A stretch of DNA of 64,000 nt from Phycisphaerae bacterium. Its GTDB lineage: Bacteria > Planctomycetota > Phycisphaerae > UBA1845. Below, in pieces: positions 18,889-27,552 of this stretch. The notes beneath the pieces are model-generated. The model worked only from the letters and a program-made list of their open reading frames with translations, did not search any database and was not told the origin of the DNA. Position 1 is the stretch's first letter. Every line of letters starts with the position of its first letter. The position numbers and the translations under genes were made by a program. The DNA lies in NCBI GenBank assembly GCA_963666835.2, contig CAXXGO010000001.1, positions 704,001-768,000 of the forward strand. Direction: 5' to 3'.

Positions 18889-21800
18889 CTAACCTGCGGG
18901 CGTAGTACAAGGGTCGGGCGGCAGGGTCCGCGTCAGCCAGGGGCTGTACTCTCCGGCGCCGTTGAGCAGGTCGATCAGGGCGAGGATGTCGCCGGCGGTG
19001 GTCGTGCTGCTCCGGTTGATATCCGTGGAATGGAGTGGCAAAGCTTCGCCCGCTCCGTTGTTGAGCGACTGGACCAGCGCGGTGATGTCCGTTGCCTCGC
19101 TGATACGGTCGCCGCTTACGTCGCCCGGAAGACAGCCCAGGCAAACGCGGCTGCTGCTATCCAGGTGCGCTATGACCGTCCACGCTTCCGGCTCGATCGG
19201 TTTGCTCAGGTGCAGGCGGATCGAGTCCGGTGCCAGAGTTTCGACGCTCGAGATTCCAGGCGGGTTGCCGTCTCCTCCGTCTTGGGTCACGCAGAAGTCA
19301 GCCGCGGTTAGATTGGATACGTCGCCGTCGAACGTCAAGTCGATCGAGCTGAAGCCCCACAAGTCGGCGGCTCGATCGAAGGCGAGCGGTTGACGGGCGT
19401 CGATGGCGCCGGTGGGAGGATCGCTGTCGATTATTGAACCGGCCGGGGTCTCACACTCGTCGGGCACTCCGTTGCGGTTATTGTCCGCGCTGGTGCCGAC
19501 GGCGGAATAGGCCAAGGCCACAGAGATGAAAGACCCGGTTCGACAGCGGAAGGCGTTTACGGTTTCGCTGGCGATCAGCTCGACCGTGACGGATCCGTCG
19601 TCGATTGCCGCATTGTATACGCTATAGGGTACGATCAGCGTTGCGACATCCGCTCCGGTCGGGCAAGCGTTAGCACCATCTCCGAACAGTGTGCCGACAG
19701 GTGTACCACTCAGGCGGACGGCAATCTCCTCTCCAGTACCGTTCAGGTCGGCGCGAACCTGGAGCGTCATGATGACGTCACTTACTGCCGCGGGGGCCGC
19801 GAGGATTGTGAAACTCTGCGGGAAGCCGGTACCGATTGGAGACAACAACGGCGACGAGGTTTCGAACGGGACGGCGATGTCACACTCGTCCGGCAGATCG
19901 TTGTTGTTGCAGTCGGCGCTGCCTCCGGGCGCGGGGGTGTCGGCGATGTCGCACGCGTCCGGAACCCCGTTGTCGTTGCAGTCCGTGGCGATCCCCGCGG
20001 CGATTTCATGGGAGTCGGGAACTCCGTTGTTGTCGCAGTCGGCGAACGCGTTCGCCTCATCCGCCCCGATGTCGGCCACCCCGAAGAGCACTCGAGGATC
20101 ACTGTCGATGTCCGCTTCGCCAGTGTCCGGTACGTACGCCGGATCACCGGAGTTGATGCAGATCGATGTCGGGCTCAAGTGGTGATCGTTGTCCTCCCAC
20201 GCTAGGTTGTCGTCGTCGGGCCCGTCGGCGTCGAGGAACCGCGGGTTTGCGTCTATATTGCCCGCTCCCCACACGATAGCGCTGCCCGCGTCGGCGTATA
20301 CTGCCGCCTGACCGCCTTCGATATCGCAGTATTGCAGGGTAAGAACTGCTTCTTCGGATACCGCAACTCTCGGCGAGGCGGCCGAGCCGTTACCCCAGAT
20401 AATGGAATCGTGGACAATCGGTGCGCCACCGACGAAGCGCAGGGCGTTGCCGTTGCCGCTAATCGTGCTGTGTGCGAGTATCGGGCTGCTGCCCTCCCGA
20501 GCGTAGGTGCCGTATCCTCGATTGTCGACGATTAAGCAGCTCTCGACGATCGGGTGTCCTTCCCAGCAGTAGACGCCCTGACTGTAGTTGCCTGCTATAG
20601 CGCACCGGCGGAACAACGGGCGGCTGCCGTAGAGGGTGTAGACGCCCGATCCGATATTGCCGACGATCCGGCATCCTTCGATAAGCGGGCTGCTTCCATG
20701 GGAACTTAGTACGCCTACGCTACAGTTGGTGATGGTCAGTCCTTCCACTCGCGTCTTAGCGCTCTCGCCGTTGAGGAAGCGGAAACCCTGCTCGACGCCG
20801 TCGCCGTCAACCACACAGGTGGCCGGCGGGCCCGCGCAACGCAGGGTCACCACCTTGCCGTTGAACTCCACCCAGGTGTTGCCCTCTCCGCGATAGAGGC
20901 CCTCGGCCAGGAGGATCACGTCTCCGGGCTGGGCGAGATCGATGGCGTGTTGGATGTGCCGGTATTCGCCGGGTACGTGAAGCACGCGCTGGCATTCGTC
21001 GGGTATACCGTTTGGTTCGGCGTCTGCACTGGCGCCGGTGGTGATGTCCCAGGCGTCCGGCATCCCGTTGGCGTTACAGTCGGGTTCGCATTCGTCCGGG
21101 ACCCCATTGTCATCGGCATCGGCACTCAAGCCGAGGTCGATATCACAGTCGTCGGCGAAGTCATTGCTGTTGCAGTCGGGCTCGCACTCGTCCGGAGTGC
21201 CATTCTGGTTGCAGTCCTTGCTGACGCCGAGCACATCACACTCATCCGGCGAGTCGTTATCATTGCAGTCGGCACTTGTTTCATTCGTGACATCGCAGTC
21301 ATCGGGTGTTCCGTTGCTATTGCAGTCCGGTTCGCACTCGTCCGGGGTACCGTTGTTGTTGCAGTCGGCGCTGGAGAGATCGAGCACGTCGCAACTATCG
21401 CCCCGGCCGTTGGCGTTGCAGTCGGGTTCGCACTCGTCCGGCAGCCCCTCGCCGCCGCAGTCCGAGCTGGTTCCGCCGGCGATGTCGAGGTCGTCCGGCA
21501 CCCCGTTGCCGTTGCAGTCCGTGTCGACGAAGAGCGTTAGCGGTTCCAGGCCGAGCGGTTGGAGTTCCGTGCTCGTTTTGTCGCTCAGATAGGTATACAG
21601 TGGATGAGTTATGAATCCGACCTCGAACCGACCGGTGGCGTCAGCAGAAACGTCGAGTATCAGTGTTCCGCAGTAGCCGGGCATTCCCTGGTCGGGTACT
21701 GAATCCACCAGGCCCAACGCGCCATAGCGATAGTTGGGCTGAGTCGAGTCAACGGCCGAGATGATGTCAATCCCGGCGAATGTGAAATCTGCGCGGGCAT

Positions 21801-24800
21801 GATCTATGAAAGCTCCCGCGGACGGAGCGGGATCGATCAGCGGACTTAGTCGTCCTGAGCGTCCACTAACGTAACCGGACGCATCGATGGTCGCCTGATA
21901 CAACTGGAGATTCTGCGGGAACCAATTCACCACGAATATCTCGCAGGTCACTCGGTCGCCGGGGGCGATGGTAGCGGACCCGGCAGGGCCGCCCGCGATC
22001 GGGAGCCCGTTGATCTCGCCGGCGCGTAGCGCGAAGTACACTCCGCAGTTCGGCACCGGAGTCCCGACACAGGTATCCCCCACACAGGTGTCGTTCACGG
22101 TGCAGCGATCGCCGTCGTCGCACGGTCCCGTGGTGACAGTGTAACGACACGAGCCCGCAACACACTCCTCTATCGTGCAGGCGTTGAGGTCGTCGCAATC
22201 CGAATCACCCAGGCAATCCGCGCAGTCATTCGTGTCCTCGCGGCAGTATTGTCCCGGGCAGGGGTCGGCTCCGGTTTGGCACCAGCCGTTTGCGCAGAAC
22301 TCGGCTCCGTTGCAGAATAGTCCGTCATCGCAATCGGCATCCGCGTCACAAAGCTCGCACTCGTCCAGGACTTGATTGGCGTTCAGATCCTCGGATTCCC
22401 CGTATGCCAGATCACATTCGTCGGCGACCCCGTTATCGTTGCAGTCATCGCTCGTGCCGCCGGCGATATCGCAGTCATCCGCTATCCCGTTTTCGTTGCA
22501 GTCCGCCTCACACTCGTCGGGTAAGGCATTCCCGTTGCAGTCCGCACTGCGGTGTTCTCCGATGTCCTGGTCGTCCGGCTTGCCGTTACCGTTGCAGTCC
22601 GGGGAGAACTCGAAGGCCCCGAGGTCCAATCTGCCTATCAGTCTCTCGTTACCATCGAGATCGACCTCTCGGAAACCCGCCGGCCCGAAGTGAGGGTCAC
22701 CGGCGTCGATGGCCGGGGATCGCGGCAGAAGATGGTAGTCGGAATGAGCCGGATCGCGGAACAGCGGGTCGACCGCCAGGTTCTCGCCGCTCCACGCGGT
22801 AAGGCCGCCTCCGACAAACCCGTCCGTGCCGCCCTGAACGTCGCTGTAGGCAAAATCGAGTTCACTTCGGGTGTCGGCGTATACCTGGCCGACGTAGTTC
22901 AGCGATCCTCCCTGCCATACGATGGTGTTGCGGAGATTCGCGTCGGCCGACGTAGCGTAGAGGGCATGTCCGGAGCCGCCCGTAGCTCGGTTTCCGGCAA
23001 TCGTGCACCTTTGTGCGTTTAAATTGCTCCGATACCAATAGACCGCCCCGCCGTTGCGGGCCGTGTTGTCCGAGATGAGGCAGTTGGTCAGTATGACGTC
23101 GCTGCCGTTCATCGCGCCCACCCCGCCGCCGCCATATCCGGCCGTGTTGCCCGAGATGCTGCAATACTGCAGGATCGGGCGGCTCTCCAGGGCGTAGATT
23201 GCTCCTCCGGTACTTCCGCCGGCGGTGTTGTTGCGGAGCAGGCAGTGCGTGATCGTCGGCTGTCCCGATCGGCAATACAGGCCACCGCCGGAGTTCTCAG
23301 CCGTGCAATCGACGATCCGGCAGTTGAAGATCGTGGGGCTGCTGTTAGTGCAGTAGACTCCCGCCCCGAGATCCGCGCGGCAGTTGCGGATGGTTACGCC
23401 CTCCAGCCGCGACGAACGGCTTTCACCGGTGTGGAAGATGAACCCGCGACTGACGTGCTCGCCGTCGATGATGCTCTCACCCGGGTGAGACTCACCGCGT
23501 ACGGTAATCGCCCGACCGTGGAAGTCGAGATCTCGATTGCCGCTTCGCCGGTAGATTCCGTCAGCGATGATGATCAGATCTCCCGAGCGGCTGACGTCGA
23601 TTGCTTCCTGGATGGCGTCGTACGGATGTTCGAGGGTGCCGTCTTCGAGAGGGTCGCTCAGCGCCGGGTCGCCCGGACCGGCATCGCCGGGGCCGTCGTC
23701 ATCTACGTAGAACACTCTTCCGGGCTCGCACTCATCGGGGATGCGGTTACCGTTGCGGTCCTGGCTGTAGCCCCAGGCGATATCACATTCGTCCGCTACT
23801 CCGTTGTGGTTGCAGTCCGGTTCGCACTCGTCCGGGATCCCATTGCCATTGCAGTCCTCGCTGGTGCCGCCCGCCAGGTCCGCGCTGTCGTCAATCCCGT
23901 TGTTGTTGCAGTCCGTATCGATGTACTCGTCGGCGCCGATGTCAACGCGGCCTAAGAACACCCGCGGTTCTCCGTCGAGGTCGGTGGCGGTGGCGGAGAA
24001 GAAGGCCGGGTCGCCGGCGTCGATGCAGGGGGAGTTGTCGGTCAGGTGGTAATCGCCGCCGGCGATGAAGGCGGGGTCGGCGTCGAGGTTGCCCGTGCCC
24101 ACCCAGCCGCCTTCCACGTCACTGTACGAAACGGTCGGCTCTCCGAAGATCTGGTCCGGGCCGGTCTCGCCGAGGTTGCCCCATAGAATACTGCTGGTCA
24201 CCGTCGGGATCGCGTCGTTGCAGTGCAACGCCCCGCCGCGGTAGCCGTCGGCGAGGTTGTCCACGATAGTGCAGTTGCGAATCAACGCGTTGCTCAGATA
24301 GCACGCGATTCCGCCGCCGAGGAACGATTGGTTCCCCGAAATCACGCTGTCGGTGATGGCGGCCGGGCTGTTCTCGAAACAGTAGACCCCGCCGCCCGAG
24401 TTGGTCGTCTCGTTCCCGGTAATCGTACACCGGTCGATCGCCGGGCTGCTCCGCTCACAATAAATCCCACCGCCGCCGTATTCCACGAGAATCGTCGGCG
24501 CGATCGAGTTATCCTGCAACACGCAACGCCTTATCGTCGGATTGCTGTCCACGCAGTAGATCGCCCCGCCGCGATACGAGCCGAAGGTGCTGCCCACTGC
24601 GGCCGTGCCGTTGCGGATCGTCAAACCGTCCAGGACCGCCGATCTGGTTTCATTGCTGTGGAAGAAGAAACCCCGACCTGCGCCCTGCGGGTCGATGACC
24701 GTACCGGCCACGACTGCCGCGTTCGCCGGGTCGGTGCTCTGTAGGGTGATCAGCCGACCGCCGAAGTCCAGGTCCCGGTTATGGCGGCCTTGATAGACGC

Positions 24801-27552
24801 CCTCGGCGACGATTACGCGATTACCCGAGATGGCCGCGTTGATCGCCGGTTGGATGGCGCAGAACGGGTCCTCGATTGTACCGGTCCCCGGACCTGAGCA
24901 GTTCGCATCAACATACAGTATGCGCTCGCGGTCCTCACAAACGTCGGGAACGCTGTTGTGGTTGAAGTCCTCGGTAAGACCCTCCGCAGTCTCGCAGGCA
25001 TCCCACTCTCCGTTGTCGTTGCAGTCGGCGGATGTGTCCTGACAGATGTCGGGCACTCCGTCAGCGTTACAGTCTGCGACGGTCCCGGATTCAATATCGC
25101 AGCTATCCGCAATGCTGTTCGAGTTGCAGTCCGGTTCGCAGTCGTCCGGGACGCCGTTGTAGTTGCAGTCGGCCACCAGAAGGTCGATTACGTCGCAGTC
25201 GTCGGGAATCCCGTTACCGTTGCAGTCCGGTTCGCAGGCATCAACTAGGTCATTACCGTTGCAGTCGCCGGCCAAACCAGACTCGATGTCGCAGCTATCG
25301 GGGATGCCGTTGCCGTCGCAGTCTATCTCGCAAACGTCCAGCAGGCCGTTCCCGGAGCAATCCAGGTCCGGGTTCGCGGTGATCTCGGCGTCGTCCGCCT
25401 GGCCGTTGCCATCGCAGTCCGTGGGAATCTGCGGCGACACGCATAACGAGAACGACTGCGGACCGGCCGGTACGCCATAGCCGAAGACCTCGACCAGCCA
25501 CAGGCCTTCCGCCGGATCGTCCACGAGAACTTGCTCGATGTTGTTGAGATGGTCGGCTCGAACGCGCGTAGCCGGGGCGGCCGGGTCCGCCGGATCGAGT
25601 GTCCAGGGATAGTGGCGATTGCCCTGCGGATCAAAGACCCGAAGATCGAGATCGTTGACCAGAGCCCGGGTTACGTTCGGCGCTGCGGGGTAGTCGTCCC
25701 AGGCCAGGGTTATCTTCAGCTCGCCGTCGCCCGGGTCGACCTGCACCAGCAGGGGATATCGTTCACCCTGATCCAGTTGCCCTTCGCGGAACTGCTCCGT
25801 GCGCAGGAAGTCAATGCTGTCGCGGATGCGTACCGAGCCGTATCCGTTTTGATAGTCCGGGCCGCGATTGCCCAGGTCGGCGGCGTTGTGGGTCAGGATC
25901 GCCTTGATCGTGGCGTTGCGGGGGTCGGCCGCAGCGGGCAGTAGGGTTCGGTAATCCTCCAGTAACAGTGCGATCAGGCCGGTCACCGTCGGGGCGGACA
26001 TGGACGTACCGCAAGCGCTCATGTACCCGCCGCCGATTACACAGGAAGTTACGCCGAAGTCGTCTCCGATCTCGCAACCGGGGGCCGTTACGTCCGGCTT
26101 GATTCGCCCGTCGTCGGTCGGTCCCCAACTGGAGAAGATGGTGGTGAAGTCGTCGTTGGCGTTGACGGCCCCGACGGTGATGTGGTTTTTGGCGCAGGAC
26201 GGCGGGGCGGTGGAATGATAGCCCTCCGGGGTGTGGACGCCTTCCGTTCGGCAGCGACTGCAGTTTCGTTCATTGCCGTTGGACCAGACCACGGTAAGTG
26301 GATTTCCCAACGTGCCGGTTACGATTGCGTCGATAAGCTGGGCGGTGATCCCGTAATCGCCGGTGATTGCGCAGTCGAACCCGTTCGTGCAGGTGTTGGT
26401 TCCGATCGAGTTGTTGGCCACGTCGACGCCGAAGTTCGCGATGGCGTCGCTATAGTCGTTCTCCAGGTCGCCCGGGTCGGCGTAGAGTGGCGGGTTTTCT
26501 TCGTGGTATTGCGTTTCGAAGCCGTAGCTTTCGATGATTACCCCCGGAGCCATGCCGCGATACACGCCGTTACTGGCTAAGCCGCTGCCGCCGATGGTCC
26601 CGGCCACATGTGTTGGGTGGGAGTCTTCATCGCTTCCGTCCCGAGCGGTCAATCGGCCACCGAAGTCGGGATGAGATCCGTCCGCGACGCCGCCGTCGTA
26701 GAGCAGTACGGTAACTCCCGTGCCGTCCAGTTCGTAGTCCGGGTGCGTCTGGACCGTTTCAGCTTGGGTGAGCCATCGGTTACTGTCGTTGGCCTCGCCG
26801 AAAGCGGGCAGCGGCGGCTCGATCCACTGCACCGCGTCCTCGTCGGCCAGTGGGGTTATTCGATCCGCGGGCAGTTCGATCACGAGCCCGTTGACGGCGC
26901 GTAAGTATGACCGAACCGTGGCACCATGCCGCTTGGCGATGTTCTCGCCGTCGGGGATAAGCGGGATGTCCTGGTGGAACAGCAGGTAGGCCGCGACGGT
27001 AGGGGGAGTATCTTCGCGGTCGGACTCAGCGGTTGTTACTATCGCTCGCCGCGGGAGTTCTTTTCCGGTGAAACCCGGGTGGAGCTTCCAGGCTCGTTGA
27101 ACGGCCTGCGCGTGCCGTAGCGGCACCGCCCGGGTCAGTGCCGCGAGGTCCACCCTGCCGGGCTCGACTACGGCGAAGAAGCTGTTGTCACCAAGCGGAC
27201 TCAGCAGTTGCAGCCCCGCCAGGGAAACCGCGGCCCGATCCGCGGCAGTGAGCCCCCGATCGAACTGCACGACGACATGCCGCCGGCTTTCTTCGGAATC
27301 CGGCCCGACCAACAACTCCGCCGCCGCTTCCGCGCTCTTCTCCTCACCCGAAGCGCCGAATTCGAGATCAACGGCGCGGCCAACCCTCTCCCCCGACCCG
27401 CGCCAACAAACCTGCCCACCCCACGCCGGTAAAGCGGCGAAACCTGTGACCAGTCCTGCCAGGAGGAGCGCGATCGTGTGTGGCTTGGCGGAGGCCGACT
27501 GCGCTATCCGGTATTGTCGATGGAATGGCTTTCTGCTCATTACGATTGTCAC
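18889..27552 (-). CDS. Giant secreted S8 (subtilisin-like) serine protease with beta-helix blocks, DCNxNG repeats, a cohesin-like domain and a C-terminal dockerin-like module
   Basis: The triad motifs LYDGG, HPTHVAGT and GTSMSAP are present. It has three IQxAID..GD beta-helix blocks, many DCNxNGxPDxC repeats and a C-terminal GDVSGD...DINRS pair. Confidence 0.9.
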   Translation of the reverse strand: MTIVMSRKPFHRQYRIAQSASAKPHTIALLLAGLVTGFAALPAWGGQVCWRGSGERVGRAVDLEFGASGEEKSAEAAAELLVGPDSEESRRHVVVQFDRGLTAADRAAVSLAGLQLLSPLGDNSFFAVVEPGRVDLAALTRAVPLRHAQAVQRAWKLHPGFTGKELPRRAIVTTAESDREDTPPTVAAYLLFHQDIPLIPDGENIAKRHGATVRSYLRAVNGLVIELPADRITPLADEDAVQWIEPPLPAFGEANDSNRWLTQAETVQTHPDYELDGTGVTVLLYDGGVADGSHPDFGGRLTARDGSDEDSHPTHVAGTIGGSGLASNGVYRGMAPGVIIESYGFETQYHEENPPLYADPGDLENDYSDAIANFGVDVANNSIGTNTCTNGFDCAITGDYGITAQLIDAIVTGTLGNPLTVVWSNGNERNCSRCRTEGVHTPEGYHSTAPPSCAKNHITVGAVNANDDFTTIFSSWGPTDDGRIKPDVTAPGCEIGDDFGVTSCVIGGGYMSACGTSMSAPTVTGLIALLLEDYRTLLPAAADPRNATIKAILTHNAADLGNRGPDYQNGYGSVRIRDSIDFLRTEQFREGQLDQGERYPLLVQVDPGDGELKITLAWDDYPAAPNVTRALVNDLDLRVFDPQGNRHYPWTLDPADPAAPATRVRADHLNNIEQVLVDDPAEGLWLVEVFGYGVPAGPQSFSLCVSPQIPTDCDGNGQADDAEITANPDLDCSGNGLLDVCEIDCDGNGIPDSCDIESGLAGDCNGNDLVDACEPDCNGNGIPDDCDVIDLLVADCNYNGVPDDCEPDCNSNSIADSCDIESGTVADCNADGVPDICQDTSADCNDNGEWDACETAEGLTEDFNHNSVPDVCEDRERILYVDANCSGPGTGTIEDPFCAIQPAINAAISGNRVIVAEGVYQGRHNRDLDFGGRLITLQSTDPANAAVVAGTVIDPQGAGRGFFFHSNETRSAVLDGLTIRNGTAAVGSTFGSYRGGAIYCVDSNPTIRRCVLQDNSIAPTILVEYGGGGIYCERSSPAIDRCTITGNETTNSGGGVYCFENSPAAITDSVISGNQSFLGGGIACYLSNALIRNCTIVDNLADGYRGGALHCNDAIPTVTSSILWGNLGETGPDQIFGEPTVSYSDVEGGWVGTGNLDADPAFIAGGDYHLTDNSPCIDAGDPAFFSATATDLDGEPRVFLGRVDIGADEYIDTDCNNNGIDDSADLAGGTSEDCNGNGIPDECEPDCNHNGVADECDIAWGYSQDRNGNRIPDECEPGRVFYVDDDGPGDAGPGDPALSDPLEDGTLEHPYDAIQEAIDVSRSGDLIIIADGIYRRSGNRDLDFHGRAITVRGESHPGESIIDGEHVSRGFIFHTGESRSSRLEGVTIRNCRADLGAGVYCTNSSPTIFNCRIVDCTAENSGGGLYCRSGQPTITHCLLRNNTAGGSTGGAIYALESRPILQYCSISGNTAGYGGGGVGAMNGSDVILTNCLISDNTARNGGAVYWYRSNLNAQRCTIAGNRATGGSGHALYATSADANLRNTIVWQGGSLNYVGQVYADTRSELDFAYSDVQGGTDGFVGGGLTAWSGENLAVDPLFRDPAHSDYHLLPRSPAIDAGDPHFGPAGFREVDLDGNERLIGRLDLGAFEFSPDCNGNGKPDDQDIGEHRSADCNGNALPDECEADCNENGIADDCDIAGGTSDDCNDNGVADECDLAYGESEDLNANQVLDECELCDADADCDDGLFCNGAEFCANGWCQTGADPCPGQYCREDTNDCADCLGDSDCDDLNACTIEECVAGSCRYTVTTGPCDDGDRCTVNDTCVGDTCVGTPVPNCGVYFALRAGEINGLPIAGGPAGSATIAPGDRVTCEIFVVNWFPQNLQLYQATIDASGYVSGRSGRLSPLIDPAPSAGAFIDHARADFTFAGIDIISAVDSTQPNYRYGALGLVDSVPDQGMPGYCGTLILDVSADATGRFEVGFITHPLYTYLSDKTSTELQPLGLEPLTLFVDTDCNGNGVPDDLDIAGGTSSDCGGEGLPDECEPDCNANGRGDSCDVLDLSSADCNNNGTPDECEPDCNSNGTPDDCDVTNETSADCNDNDSPDECDVLGVSKDCNQNGTPDECEPDCNSNDFADDCDIDLGLSADADDNGVPDECEPDCNANGMPDAWDITTGASADAEPNGIPDECQRVLHVPGEYRHIQHAIDLAQPGDVILLAEGLYRGEGNTWVEFNGKVVTLRCAGPPATCVVDGDGVEQGFRFLNGESAKTRVEGLTITNCSVGVLSSHGSSPLIEGCRIVGNIGSGVYTLYGSRPLFRRCAIAGNYSQGVYCWEGHPIVESCLIVDNRGYGTYAREGSSPILAHSTISGNGNALRFVGGAPIVHDSIIWGNGSAASPRVAVSEEAVLTLQYCDIEGGQAAVYADAGSAIVWGAGNIDANPRFLDADGPDDDNLAWEDNDHHLSPTSICINSGDPAYVPDTGEADIDSDPRVLFGVADIGADEANAFADCDNNGVPDSHEIAAGIATDCNDNGVPDACDIADTPAPGGSADCNNNDLPDECDIAVPFETSSPLLSPIGTGFPQSFTILAAPAAVSDVIMTLQVRADLNGTGEEIAVRLSGTPVGTLFGDGANACPTGADVATLIVPYSVYNAAIDDGSVTVELIASETVNAFRCRTGSFISVALAYSAVGTSADNNRNGVPDECETPAGSIIDSDPPTGAIDARQPLAFDRAADLWGFSSIDLTFDGDVSNLTAADFCVTQDGGDGNPPGISSVETLAPDSIRLHLSKPIEPEAWTVIAHLDSSSRVCLGCLPGDVSGDRISEATDITALVQSLNNGAGEALPLHSTDINRSSTTTAGDILALIDLLNGAGEYSPWLTRTLPPDPCTTPAG

